DNA of 64,000 bases from Dehalococcoidia bacterium (lineage in GTDB: Bacteria; Chloroflexota; Dehalococcoidia; GIF9; UBA5629): the NCBI GenBank assembly GCA_034429715.1, contig DAOUFR010000011.1, positions 1,601-65,600 of the forward strand. The letters are read 5' to 3'. The position numbers and the translations under genes were made by a program. Positions 37,749-47,960 of this stretch are shown here, one piece after another (position 1 is the stretch's first letter; every line of letters begins with the position of its first letter). The notes under the pieces are model-generated. The model ran no database searches. It was not told where the DNA came from and saw nothing but the letters and a program-made list of their open reading frames with translations.

Positions 37749-38777
37749 GTGAAAACCAGAATAACGGAACTCTTCGGAATAAAACATCCCATTGTGTTAT
37801 CGGGAATGGCCTTCGTCAGCCTGCCCAGGCTGGTTGCGGCGGTCAGCAACGCAGGAGGTCTGGGTATCTTCAACAGCGTGGCAAACTCTCCCGACCAGCT
37901 CAAGGGGATTATCCAGGAGATCAAGACTCTGACGGACAAACCTTTCGCGATTAACGTCACCCTCATATTCCCCAACGGAAAAGAGAATGCCGAGATGGCG
38001 CTGGCAGAGAAGGCCCCTATCATCAACTTCGCCCTGGGCAAGGGCGACTGGATCATAAAGCAGGCGCATACCTACGGCGGCAAGGTCGTATCCACGGTAG
38101 CCACGGAACGCCATGCCATCAGAGCAGCCGAGCAGGGCGCCGACGGCATTATCGTCACCGGACACGAGGCCGCAGCACATGGCGGCGACGTGGGCGGCAT
38201 GGTACTGCTGCCGCAGATAGCCAGCAAGGTAAAGATACCGATTATCTCCGCCGGTGGATACTGCGATGGAAGGGGGCTGGCTGCAGCGCTGGCCCTGGGC
38301 GCCGACGCCATCGCCATGGGCACAAGATTCGTGGTCACGCAGGAATGCGAGGTGCACCCCAACATCAAACAGACTGCAATGAAATGTCAGATGGAAGAGA
38401 CCATCTATTCGGCGGGCATCGACGGCCTGCCCGGGCGATGGTACGCCAACAAGCGCGCCCTGGAGATGGCCAACAGCAAGACATCGTACATGGAAGCGTT
38501 AAAAGCAGGCTGGGCGATGAGAAAACAGGTGGATACCCCTGTCTGGAAGCTGCTTGCGGGCAGCCTGCAGAAGAGGGGCGTGCAGCAGCTGGCGCAGCAG
38601 GCTATCGGTATCGATGCGCTGGGCAAAATCCTGGACGAGGGCGACCTGGAGAACGGCGTGGTACCTTTCGGACAGGTCGTAGGCCGCATACGCGACCTGC
38701 CCACCTGCAAAGAGCTGATCGAGCGTATTGTAGCCGAGGCAGAGGAAACCATCAAAGGGCTTCAGGCAAAGGTTTAG
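37749..38777 (+). CDS. Nitronate monooxygenase / FabK-like flavoenzyme (paralogue 3)
   Basis: KHPIVLSGM, VSNAGGLG, EAAAHGG, AGGYCDGRGL, MGTRF; GTG start with GGAGG RBS. Confidence 0.9.
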   Translation: MKTRITELFGIKHPIVLSGMAFVSLPRLVAAVSNAGGLGIFNSVANSPDQLKGIIQEIKTLTDKPFAINVTLIFPNGKENAEMALAEKAPIINFALGKGDWIIKQAHTYGGKVVSTVATERHAIRAAEQGADGIIVTGHEAAAHGGDVGGMVLLPQIASKVKIPIISAGGYCDGRGLAAALALGADAIAMGTRFVVTQECEVHPNIKQTAMKCQMEETIYSAGIDGLPGRWYANKRALEMANSKTSYMEALKAGWAMRKQVDTPVWKLLAGSLQKRGVQQLAQQAIGIDALGKILDEGDLENGVVPFGQVVGRIRDLPTCKELIERIVAEAEETIKGLQAKV

Positions 38778-38882
38778 ATCTCTGTGCCCGGCGGCTGCCG
38801 TTAAATTAGTTACTCCCCTCATACCGCTTCATTATGCTAATATCTTTATGTGTTTTAAGCAGTATTCTGCGGGAGTAAGACA

Positions 38883-41603
38883 ATGACACAGAGCACAGAC
38901 ACCCTCCAGCTGGACAGATTCAACAGGACCGTCGCCCTCAAAGACGGATCGGTTTTACATCTCCGGCCCATTACGCCGGACGATGAAAACCGGCTGATGG
39001 CCTTTTTCCTGCGCCTGAGCGGGCGCACCATATACCTGCGATACCACCATGTGCTTACCGACCTGTCCAGGGAGGAGGCGCACCAGTATTCTAATATTGA
39101 TTACGACAACACCTTTGCGGTGGTGGGAATACAGGGAGAAGGGGAGGATGAAAGCATCATAGGTGTCGGCCGATATTGGAGGCTATCACAGCCCAACAAG
39201 GCGGAGATCGCCTTTATAGTTGAGGACCCTCATCAGCGCAAGGGAATCGGTACACACCTGCTGGAACTGCTGGCAGCGGCCGCCCGCGAGCACGGGATAG
39301 GTGTATTCGAGGCCGAGGTGCTGCCCGAAAACACCGACATGATCGACGTGCTGCAGGACAGCGGCTTCAAACAGCTCGAAAAAATCACCGAGTCTCACGG
39401 ATGGAGGGGTGTATACAGCATAGCTCAGACGCCGCTGGTGGAGCAGAAGTCAGCGGAGCGTGAGAAGGTCGCCTCCATCGCATCCATACGTAAATTCATG
39501 TTCCCGCGGTCCATTGCCGTTCTCGGGGCATCCAACAAGCCTGGTATCGGCAATGCGCTGGTCAAAGACCTGATCAAGAATGAATATAACGGTATTATCT
39601 ACCCGGTCAATCCCAAAGATGAGGTCGTATCATCGATCAAGGCATATCCGTCCGTCCTTGATATTCCCGGCCAGGTGGACCTGGCTATTGTGGCTGTCGC
39701 GGCAGAGAGGATACAGCCGTTGATCGAAGAATGCGGCAGGAAGGGAGTAAAAAGCCTGGTTATCATTACCGCCGGCTTCTCCGAGATGGGGGGTGAAGGC
39801 ATCGAGAGGGAGAAGAAACTGCTGAATACCGCGGGGGCATACGGCATGCGTATTATCGGCCCCAACTGCCTGGGTATCCAGAATACCAATCCCACTGTCA
39901 ACATGAATGCCAGTTTTGCGCCTATCTACCCGCTGCACGGTAAAACCGCCTTCGGCAGCCAGAGCGGCGCACTGGGCGGCGCCATCATCAGTTACGCCAT
40001 TCAAATCAACCTGGGCCTCTCGAATTTCGTCAGCATCGGCAACGGAGCGGACGTCACCGGCAACGAGCTGCTTCAGTACTGGGCGGAGGATCCCGACACC
40101 AATCTGATACTTCTTTACCTCGAATCGTTCGGAAACCCGCGCAAATTTGCGCGCATTGCACGTGAAACAACGCTTAAGAAACCTGTAGTAATAGTAAAGA
40201 GCGGGCGCTCGGCCGTGGGCGCGCGCGCGGCCGCCTCTCATACGGGCGCGCTGGCATCGGATGACACCGCCACTACGGCACTTATCAAGCAGACCGGCAT
40301 GCTGAGGTGCAACACACTGGAGGAGCTCTTCGATACCGCCCTGCTGCTGTCGAACCAGCCGATACCAAAAGGCAACCGGGTCGCCATTCTGACCAACGGC
40401 GGCGGCGCAGGTATCATGGCCGCCGATGCGCTGGCAGCGGCCGGCTTTCAACTGCCGATCCTCTCGGACAAAGCCAGAAGCGCCCTCAAGTCATTCCTGC
40501 CTCCCAAGTCCAGCTACATGAATCCCATCGATACCACCGCCGCGGTATCGCCCGACCAGTACCGCCAGGCTCTCAACGTGATATTGCAGGAGGATATAGA
40601 TGCCCTTATCATCATCTATATCCCGCCCATGGAGTTCATGATCGAGCTGATGAGGGGAGTTATACGTGAAACGGCCCCGTCATTCCGTGCCAAAGGCATA
40701 CCCGTCCTGGCCAACTTCCTCGGCCTCGAATCGAGGCTGGTTGTAGGGTCCAAAGAGGAAGGTTATGTCCCCACCTACGTTTTTCCGGAGTCGACCGCGC
40801 ATGCGCTGGCCAAATCGTACGAATACAGCGAGAGGCTCAAACGTCCCCTGGGAAACATACCCTCATTCAAAGATATAAACAAGGCCGCAGCTGAAAAGGT
40901 GATCCAGGATGCTCTGGCGCGCACGGATAAACATCCGGTCTGGCTGGATACCGGAGAGATAGTCAAGCTGTTCTCCGCCTACGGCATCAAGCTTGCTCAG
41001 TCCGGCGTCGCCACCACGGCCCAGCAGGCAGCCAAGATGGCCGATAGTATCGGCTACCCGGTGGCGCTGAAGCTGTTCTCGGCAACGATCTCCCACAAGA
41101 CCGATGTGGGCGGCGTGATGCTCAACCTGGGCTCCGCGGCGGAGGTCAAAAAGGCCTATGCACAAATCGAGCAAAACCTGGAGAAGCTATCGCGCAGGTC
41201 TGAGATGCAGGGCGTGACGGTGCAGAAGATGCTGACAGGCGGCGTTGAGCTTATAGTGGGCGTTACCGAGGACAAATTCTTCGGGCCGCTGATTATGTTC
41301 GGCCTGGGCGGCATCTACACCGAGCTGTTCAAAGACGTGGATTTCAGGATCCATCCTCTGACCGACTACGATGCCCATGAAATGCTTGCCTCTTTTAAAG
41401 CACATAAGATACTGGACGGATGGAGGGGCGCACCGCCCTCCGATACGGCGGCCATAGAGGACGTGCTTCTCAGGGTTTCAGCCCTGATCGAGGATATTCC
41501 TGAAATACAGGACCTCGATCTTAATCCACTCATAGCTATGCCGGTTGGAGAAGGCTGCGTGGTGGCGGATGCCAGAATATCCGTCTCACCGATTTCTGTA
41601 TAA
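38883..41603 (+). CDS. GNAT / NDP-forming acyl-CoA synthetase fusion (Pat/PatA-type), paralogue 1
   Basis: N-terminal GNAT (HQRKGIGTHL), CoA-binding domain (GPNCLG), SHTGALA, C-terminal ATP-grasp (HKTDVGGV, DLDLNP). Confidence 0.9.
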   Translation: MTQSTDTLQLDRFNRTVALKDGSVLHLRPITPDDENRLMAFFLRLSGRTIYLRYHHVLTDLSREEAHQYSNIDYDNTFAVVGIQGEGEDESIIGVGRYWRLSQPNKAEIAFIVEDPHQRKGIGTHLLELLAAAAREHGIGVFEAEVLPENTDMIDVLQDSGFKQLEKITESHGWRGVYSIAQTPLVEQKSAEREKVASIASIRKFMFPRSIAVLGASNKPGIGNALVKDLIKNEYNGIIYPVNPKDEVVSSIKAYPSVLDIPGQVDLAIVAVAAERIQPLIEECGRKGVKSLVIITAGFSEMGGEGIEREKKLLNTAGAYGMRIIGPNCLGIQNTNPTVNMNASFAPIYPLHGKTAFGSQSGALGGAIISYAIQINLGLSNFVSIGNGADVTGNELLQYWAEDPDTNLILLYLESFGNPRKFARIARETTLKKPVVIVKSGRSAVGARAAASHTGALASDDTATTALIKQTGMLRCNTLEELFDTALLLSNQPIPKGNRVAILTNGGGAGIMAADALAAAGFQLPILSDKARSALKSFLPPKSSYMNPIDTTAAVSPDQYRQALNVILQEDIDALIIIYIPPMEFMIELMRGVIRETAPSFRAKGIPVLANFLGLESRLVVGSKEEGYVPTYVFPESTAHALAKSYEYSERLKRPLGNIPSFKDINKAAAEKVIQDALARTDKHPVWLDTGEIVKLFSAYGIKLAQSGVATTAQQAAKMADSIGYPVALKLFSATISHKTDVGGVMLNLGSAAEVKKAYAQIEQNLEKLSRRSEMQGVTVQKMLTGGVELIVGVTEDKFFGPLIMFGLGGIYTELFKDVDFRIHPLTDYDAHEMLASFKAHKILDGWRGAPPSDTAAIEDVLLRVSALIEDIPEIQDLDLNPLIAMPVGEGCVVADARISVSPISV

Positions 41604-41653
41604 TATGGATTGATTGGCCCTTGGTGCCCCTCATGTGAAGGAGTGCAACGGTG

Positions 41654-44377
41654 ATGGCGGACCTGGACAGTAAAAGCTTCGAGAAATATTCGACCAGCGT
41701 AGCGCTCAAGGACGGCTCCAGCCTGCATTTGCGGCCTATCCTCATGTCGGACGAGGAGAGGCTGCTGGCGCTGTTCAGCCGTATGAGCAAGCAGACCATT
41801 TACCTGCGCTTCCATCATGTCCTGACACACATGTCCCGGGAGGAAGCGCGCCGTTTCTGCACGGTGGATTACGAAGATACTTTCGCGCTGGTAGGCACGC
41901 TGGGGGAGGGATCGGAGGAGCGCATCATAGCCGTTGGACGTTACGCGAGGCAGCCGGGCGCCAACCGGGCCCAAATAGCTTTTGAGGTTGAGGACAAGTA
42001 CCAGGGGCTGGGTATCGGCACACATCTGCTGGACCAGCTCGCTTATATCGCGCGCGACAAGGGCATAACCACCTTCGAAGCCGAGGTGCTGGCGGAGAAC
42101 AAGGACATGATGAACGTGCTCATCAACAGCGGCTTCACCATGCAAAGGCAATACCAGGGCACCACTTATGTGGGTCTTCTCGACCTGGCCCCCACCGATG
42201 TAGTCGAGCAGAAGTCGTTCGAACGCGAGAAGTTCAGCTCTATTGCCTCCTTGCGCGCCTTCCTCAATCCGAAATCGGTAGCGGTTATCGGCGCCTCCAG
42301 GAGGCCTAATACCATCGGCAACTTCGTCTTCCGCAACCTTATACAACAGGATTTCAAGGGCGTGGTATACCCGGTCAATCCCAACGCTGAGGTGGTGGCA
42401 GCCATCAAGGCCTATCCCTCCATCCTGGATATACCGGGGGATATCGACCTGGCCATCATCGTCGTACCGGCTGACAAAGTGCAGCAGGTGGTGGAAGAGA
42501 GCGCGCACAAAGGGGCCAGAGGCGTGGTCGTGTTATCCTCGGGCTTCGCCGATATAGGCGGCGAAGGGCTCGAGCGGCAGAACAAGCTCCTCACGACTAT
42601 TCGTAGTTACGGTATGCGCATGCTGGGGCCCAACTGTATGGGGATGATGAATACCAGTCCCGAAGTCAACCTGAATGCCACGTTCGCCAACATAGTGCCA
42701 CCCCACGGCAATATAGCTTTCGCCACCCAGAGCGGGGTACTGGGCTCCGCCATCCTGATGTATGCGACCAGCCTCAATATCGGCCTTTCCACCTTCGTTA
42801 GCATAGGCAATCGCGCGGATATATCCAGCAACGAGCTATTGCAGTACTGGGAGGACGACCCGGACACAGATGTCGTGCTGCTTTACCTGGAGTCGTTCGG
42901 CAATCCCAGGAAATTCACGCGCATAGCTCGAAGTATCACGGCTAAGAAACCGGTCGTCTCGCTGACCGGCAACCGCGGCAATATCCAGAAGAGGACGATC
43001 ACATCGCACACAGGCGCCATGGCCACCGACCAGGCGGCCACCGAGGCGCTTTACAAACAGGCGGGTATATTGAGGGCCGATACGCTGGAGGACCTGTTTG
43101 ACACAGGCAGCCTGCTGGCTAACCAGCCGCTGCCTCAGGGCAATAGAGTGGCCATCATATCCAATGCAGGCGGTCCGGCGCTGCTGACGGCAGAAGCCTG
43201 CAAAAGCAGGGGCCTGGAAATCCCCCCGCTGTCCGACGGGCTGGCAGCGCGGCTCAAAACATTCCTGCCTTCGCGGGCCAATATATTAAATCCCCTGGAC
43301 ATGTCCCCCGAAGTGTCTACAGAACAATACGGACAAACCCTCAAGCTGATGCTCAAAGACGCCAGTCTGGACATGGTGGTGGTCATTTTCATACAGCCCA
43401 TTCCCAGGCTGTCAGAGGAATTTGCCGCGGTCATTCGCGAGGTTGCCCCGTTATACCGTGAAGCCGGCAAGCCGCTTGTCACATCTATCCTCGGCATACG
43501 GGGCGCAGGCATCAGTCTCGGCCCGCAGGAGAGAAGGGTCGTGCCGTCCTTCGCTTTCCCCGAATCGACAGCCGGCGCACTGGCGCGCGCAGTTGAGTTC
43601 AGCCAGCGGTTGAAACGACCATCGGGCAAGATACCTGAGTTTTCCGACATCGACAAAGACAGGGCTGACCGCATCATCAGCTCAGCCATTGAAAAATCGG
43701 GCAAGCGCCAGGTATGGCTGGACGCCGAGTCCATCCTGGGCCTTTTTGAGTGTTACGGAATCAAATTCGTAACGCTTAAGATCGCCAGGACCCCGGAGGA
43801 AGCCACGTCCGCTGCAAAGGAGATCGGGTGTCCCGTAGCAGTTAAGATACTCTCCCCCTCCATCACGCAGAAGACCGAAGTCGAAGGTGTGATTCTCGAC
43901 TGCCGCTCAGGCGACGAGGTAAAGAAAGCCTTCGCCCGGATCAGGGAGAACCTGCAAGGGATAGGCAAGAGCGCCGAGATGGAGGGAGTGATAGTTCAAA
44001 AGATGGTACAGGGTGGTGTCGAGGTGATCGTAGGCGTAACACAGCACCCGGCCTTCGGTCCTCTTGTAATGTTCGGCCTGGGCGGGGTGTATGTTGAGCT
44101 CTTCCAGGACGTTATTTTCAACATCCATCCATTGACCGATATAGACGCGCACGAGATGATCAAGTCGGTCAAGGCTTACCAGTTACTGGAAGGCTGGCGG
44201 GGATCCAAGCGCGCCGACATCCCGGCCATCGAGGATTTGTTGCTCAGGATATCGGCCATGGCAGAGAACCACCCGCAGATACTTGAAATGGACCTGAATC
44301 CCGTCAAGGTATTGCCCGAAGGGCAATTCTACCTGGTGGTGGACGGACGTATACTGGTCAGCAAAGAACAGGAATAG
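41654..44377 (+). CDS. GNAT / NDP-forming acyl-CoA synthetase fusion (Pat/PatA-type), paralogue 2
   Basis: YQGLGIGTHL, GPNCMG, SHTGAMA, QKTEVEGV, EMDLNP; same architecture as the upstream gene. Start may be GTG 41651. Confidence 0.9.
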   Translation: MADLDSKSFEKYSTSVALKDGSSLHLRPILMSDEERLLALFSRMSKQTIYLRFHHVLTHMSREEARRFCTVDYEDTFALVGTLGEGSEERIIAVGRYARQPGANRAQIAFEVEDKYQGLGIGTHLLDQLAYIARDKGITTFEAEVLAENKDMMNVLINSGFTMQRQYQGTTYVGLLDLAPTDVVEQKSFEREKFSSIASLRAFLNPKSVAVIGASRRPNTIGNFVFRNLIQQDFKGVVYPVNPNAEVVAAIKAYPSILDIPGDIDLAIIVVPADKVQQVVEESAHKGARGVVVLSSGFADIGGEGLERQNKLLTTIRSYGMRMLGPNCMGMMNTSPEVNLNATFANIVPPHGNIAFATQSGVLGSAILMYATSLNIGLSTFVSIGNRADISSNELLQYWEDDPDTDVVLLYLESFGNPRKFTRIARSITAKKPVVSLTGNRGNIQKRTITSHTGAMATDQAATEALYKQAGILRADTLEDLFDTGSLLANQPLPQGNRVAIISNAGGPALLTAEACKSRGLEIPPLSDGLAARLKTFLPSRANILNPLDMSPEVSTEQYGQTLKLMLKDASLDMVVVIFIQPIPRLSEEFAAVIREVAPLYREAGKPLVTSILGIRGAGISLGPQERRVVPSFAFPESTAGALARAVEFSQRLKRPSGKIPEFSDIDKDRADRIISSAIEKSGKRQVWLDAESILGLFECYGIKFVTLKIARTPEEATSAAKEIGCPVAVKILSPSITQKTEVEGVILDCRSGDEVKKAFARIRENLQGIGKSAEMEGVIVQKMVQGGVEVIVGVTQHPAFGPLVMFGLGGVYVELFQDVIFNIHPLTDIDAHEMIKSVKAYQLLEGWRGSKRADIPAIEDLLLRISAMAENHPQILEMDLNPVKVLPEGQFYLVVDGRILVSKEQE

Positions 44378-44391
44378 CTGAAAGTGACCAG

Positions 44392-44477
44392 GTCACTGCG
44401 AGCTTAGCCAAGCAATCTTGTGTTGTGAGCCACGACAGCAGCAGATTGCCGCGTCGCCTGCGGCTCCTCGCAATAAC
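44392..44477. repeat. Palindromic intergenic element of the GTCATTGCGAG...CTCGCAATGAC type
   Basis: GTCACTGCGAG..AGCAATCT...AGATTGCC..CTCCTCGCAATAAC; nested inverted repeats between convergent genes. Confidence 0.65.
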
Positions 44478-44494
44478 ATTTACGTTACATGATA

Positions 44495-45160
44495 TTAATA
44501 CGTCGAAACGTTCAGCTCTTCCATCTTGCCGGTGACCATAAAGACCACCCGCTCGCAGATATTGGTGACCCTGTCGCCGGTCCTTTCCAGGTTGTGCCCC
44601 ACCCACATCAATCTGGTGGCCCTGGTAATGGTGCGGGGATCCTCCATCATAAACGTCAGCAGCTCCCTGAAGACCTGGTCGTAGAGTTGGTCGATCTCAT
44701 CGTCCTCCGGCACAATTTTTCGGGCCGCTTCAGCATCATGAATAATGAATGCATTAAGGCTGCGGTGCAGCATGTCGATAACCTTTTCATTCATGCGGGG
44801 CAAGTCTATCAGCGGCTTGAGCGGCGGCTCATTGCCTATCATGATGACAATTTTGGCGTTGCCGGCCGCGTGATCGCCCATCCTCTCAAGGTCCTGTACA
44901 ATAAAGAGTATCGCCAGCAGGATCCTCAGATCGCTGGCCATAGGCGCCTGACACGATATGATATCCAGCGCTTTTTCTTCTATCTCAAAACGTTTTTTGT
45001 TTACATTGCGGTCTTCCTCGAGCACCAGCCTGGCCAGGGTAAGGTCACGTTCCTTAAGGGCCTGCATGGACCTTTCCAACGCTTTCTCTATCATGCTCCC
45101 CAGGGCCAGCACATCATCCTGTAACTCGCGCAGATTTCTCTGATAAGATTCTCTCGGCAT
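44495..45160 (-). CDS. phoU: Phosphate signalling protein PhoU
   Basis: APMASDLR, DLERMGDHA, HNLERTGDRVTNICE. Start placed at ATG 45160. Confidence 0.95.
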   Translation of the reverse strand: MPRESYQRNLRELQDDVLALGSMIEKALERSMQALKERDLTLARLVLEEDRNVNKKRFEIEEKALDIISCQAPMASDLRILLAILFIVQDLERMGDHAAGNAKIVIMIGNEPPLKPLIDLPRMNEKVIDMLHRSLNAFIIHDAEAARKIVPEDDEIDQLYDQVFRELLTFMMEDPRTITRATRLMWVGHNLERTGDRVTNICERVVFMVTGKMEELNVSTY

Positions 45161-45172
45161 GTTCAACCTCCT

Positions 45173-46009
45173 TTAACCGAAACGCCCTGTGATGTAATCC
45201 TCAGTCCTCTTGTCTTTGGGCACGGTGAAGACCTCTTTGGTACGAGCGTATTCTATCAGTTGTCCCAGCAGCATGAAACCGGTCCAGTCCGATACGCGGG
45301 CGGCCTGCTGCATATTATGTGTGACTATGACGACGGTGTAGTCTTTCTTCAGTTCCATCATCAGTTCCTCTATCCTCAGCGTTGATATAGGGTCCAGCGC
45401 CGAACACGGCTCGTCCATCAGTATGACTTCCGGCTCAATGGCGATAGCGCGCGCTATGCAGAGGCGCTGCTGCTGCCCGCCCGACAGGGAGGCGCCGGGC
45501 TGGTCGAGCTTGTCTTTTACCTCCTCCCACAGGGCGGCCTTTCTCAGACTGCGCTCCACGACATCCTTTAAATCACTGCGCCGGCTCCAGAACCGCGTAA
45601 GGCTTATCCCGGAGGCCACGTTACTGAATATAGACATAGTTGGAAACACGCTGGCCCGCTGAAATACCATGCCAATACGGCGGCGGATGGCAACCGGATC
45701 GGCCTGCGGAGCATATATATTCTGTCCGTCCATAAGCACACGGCCGGTCACCCTTCCCCCCTCCGACACCTCGTGCATGCGGTTGAGACAGCGTATAAAA
45801 GTCGATTTGCCGCACCCGGATGGGCCGATCAGGGCTGTGATATGCTGAGCGCCAATGCCCATACTTATATCTTGAATAGCCATCCTGTTACCGTACCAGG
45901 CACTCAGTTGCTCCACCGTTAATATGCATTTTTGAGGTCTCGATTGGCCGCTGTCTTCACCGTCAACGGTCCCAACCTTGATATTCTGACCCAGCATGTT
46001 GTTTATCAT
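45173..46009 (-). CDS. pstB: Phosphate ABC transporter ATPase
   Basis: [38 protein letters not shown]. The track ORF is over-extended; start placed at 46009 (45997 is possible). Confidence 0.94.
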   Translation of the reverse strand: MINNMLGQNIKVGTVDGEDSGQSRPQKCILTVEQLSAWYGNRMAIQDISMGIGAQHITALIGPSGCGKSTFIRCLNRMHEVSEGGRVTGRVLMDGQNIYAPQADPVAIRRRIGMVFQRASVFPTMSIFSNVASGISLTRFWSRRSDLKDVVERSLRKAALWEEVKDKLDQPGASLSGGQQQRLCIARAIAIEPEVILMDEPCSALDPISTLRIEELMMELKKDYTVVIVTHNMQQAARVSDWTGFMLLGQLIEYARTKEVFTVPKDKRTEDYITGRFG

Positions 46010-46041
46010 TGCACCGTGTCCTTCCTCTTGCTTACAGACTT

Positions 46042-46887
46042 TTATTTCTTTTTCCTGCTGCTGGCCAATCGCACAACGATATTTATTCCAAGAACAAGTA
46101 TCACCAGCAGGAAAGCAGCCGCCCAGGCCTGCTGCTGCCAGTCGCTGTAGGGAGACAGAGCGTAGCGGTATATCTGCAAAGGTAAAGCTCCTATGGGCTG
46201 GGTAAGCCCCTGTACACCGAAGGCGCTGCCCAGGGCGGTGAATATCAGCGGCGCCGTCTCCCCTGCTATGCGTGCCACGGCAAGCATGATGCCCGTGACT
46301 ATGCCTGTAACAGCGCCCGGCACGATCACACCCAGCGTTATGCGCCATCGACTGATGCCGAGGGCCAGGGCTGCCTCGCGCTGAGAATTCGGCACCAGCC
46401 GCAGCGACTCCTCGGCTGTACGCGCCACAACCGGTATCATGATTATTGCCAGTGCAACTCCTGCCGAGAGGGCCGAGTAGGTATGCATGGGACGTACGAG
46501 AATGGCATAGGCGAAAACGCCCACGATAATCGACGGTACGCCGGCAAGTATATCGGCGGCAAAGCGGATGACCGACGCCATCTTCGGCCCGGCGAATTCG
46601 GCCAGAAATATGCCTGCCATCAGTCCCACCGGCAGGGCAATGAGTGAAGCCAGCCCAACCAGTATAAAAGTGCCGTATATATCGTCCCGCATACCACCCC
46701 CAACCTCACCCACCGGTTTGGACTGCTGTGTTATGAAATCCAGGCTCAGATAGGAGATGCCGTTGATCAGAGTATAACCAAGTATCAGGATGAGAACCAG
46801 TATCACAATGGCTGTGGCAACTCCGCACAGCACGAGCATCATCCGGCTGAACTGCTGGCGCCTGAAATAGCCGCTTTGCGCTTTCAT
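46042..46887 (-). CDS. pstA: Phosphate ABC transporter permease
   Basis: [25 protein letters not shown]; ATGA overlap with the pstC stop. Confidence 0.94.
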   Translation of the reverse strand: MKAQSGYFRRQQFSRMMLVLCGVATAIVILVLILILGYTLINGISYLSLDFITQQSKPVGEVGGGMRDDIYGTFILVGLASLIALPVGLMAGIFLAEFAGPKMASVIRFAADILAGVPSIIVGVFAYAILVRPMHTYSALSAGVALAIIMIPVVARTAEESLRLVPNSQREAALALGISRWRITLGVIVPGAVTGIVTGIMLAVARIAGETAPLIFTALGSAFGVQGLTQPIGALPLQIYRYALSPYSDWQQQAWAAAFLLVILVLGINIVVRLASSRKKK

Positions 46888-47873
46888 TCGCCCGTCCCCC
46901 TCACAGAAACGGTGCGCCATACCAGTAACCTGGCGATAATATTAACCAGCAGCGTGATGGCGAAGAGAACCAGGGCCAGCTCGATCAGGCTGCCGATGTA
47001 GAGGTCCCCCGAGGCTTCATTAAATTCGCTTGCCACTTTACTGGCAATGGTCGCACCGGGAGAGAAGAGCGAAGGCGAAAGGGCGTAGGAATTGCCGATA
47101 ACCATTGTCACCGCCATGGTCTCGCCGAGCGCACGGCCCAATCCCAGTATCACCCCACCCATCAGGCCGGTGCGGCAATAGGGCAATACAGCTCTGGTGA
47201 TCATCTCCCAGCGGGTTGCCCCCAGCGCCAGCATGGCCTCGCGCTGAGTCAGCGGTACCGCGGCTATAACTTCACGGCTGACTGCCGTAATGATGGGTAT
47301 GACCATGATTGCCAGGATGATTCCGGCGGAGAGAAAACCCACTCCGAAAGGAGGCCCCTGGAACATGGGCAAAAAGCCCAGGTTGCTTCCCAGCCATGTC
47401 TCGATGGGATTCCTGATAAAGGGCACCATCACATATAGACCCCATAATCCAATGATCACGCTCGGTATAGCAGCCAGCATCTCGATGACAAAAGAACACG
47501 GCCTGCGCATCCAGCCTGGGGCGAGCTCACTCAAAAACACGGCTGAGCCCAGGCTGATAGGCACGGCGATTAGAAGGCCGATCAGAGAGCTCAGCAGCGT
47601 GCCGTAGATCGCCGGCAGGGCGCCGAAGACCTCGTTGACCGGATCCCATTCGGTGGATGTAATAAATGAAAGCCCGAACTTCTGGATGGCCGGCCATGCA
47701 TCGATGCCAAGTGCGATAAGCAGCGCGATCAGTATTGCCACGATTAAAACGCTGAAGAAAAGTGTCAGACGGGAAAAGATTTTATCGCCTACCCGTGCCC
47801 GCACTGCGCTTCCAGTATTGCTTCCGACTGCTGTGAGAGATGTATCTGGTCTACACTTTTCCATATTTTTCAA
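46884..47873 (-). CDS. pstC: Phosphate ABC transporter permease
   Basis: AAIPSVIIGLWG, REAMLALGAT, RALGETMAV. Start is TTG 47873 or ATG 47864. Confidence 0.94.
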   Translation of the reverse strand: MKNMEKCRPDTSLTAVGSNTGSAVRARVGDKIFSRLTLFFSVLIVAILIALLIALGIDAWPAIQKFGLSFITSTEWDPVNEVFGALPAIYGTLLSSLIGLLIAVPISLGSAVFLSELAPGWMRRPCSFVIEMLAAIPSVIIGLWGLYVMVPFIRNPIETWLGSNLGFLPMFQGPPFGVGFLSAGIILAIMVIPIITAVSREVIAAVPLTQREAMLALGATRWEMITRAVLPYCRTGLMGGVILGLGRALGETMAVTMVIGNSYALSPSLFSPGATIASKVASEFNEASGDLYIGSLIELALVLFAITLLVNIIARLLVWRTVSVRGTGE

Positions 47874-47898
47874 CCGTCTATTATAAACTCAACAATAC

Positions 47899-47934
47899 GG
47901 AAATGCAGGAAAGGTGGACCCTTCCCGCATTTCC
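47899..47934 (-). terminator. Hairpin between pstS and pstC (probable mRNA stabiliser or partial terminator)
   Basis: GGAAATGC.GGAA..TTCC.GCATTTCC inverted repeat. Confidence 0.6.
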
Positions 47935-47960
47935 AGGATCTATTGCTTAAATCCGCCCGA

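Noticed and set aside
45173-46348. 391-aa PstB as given in the ORF track
   Set aside because: The N-terminal 113 aa overlap pstA in another frame; the real gene starts at about 46009.
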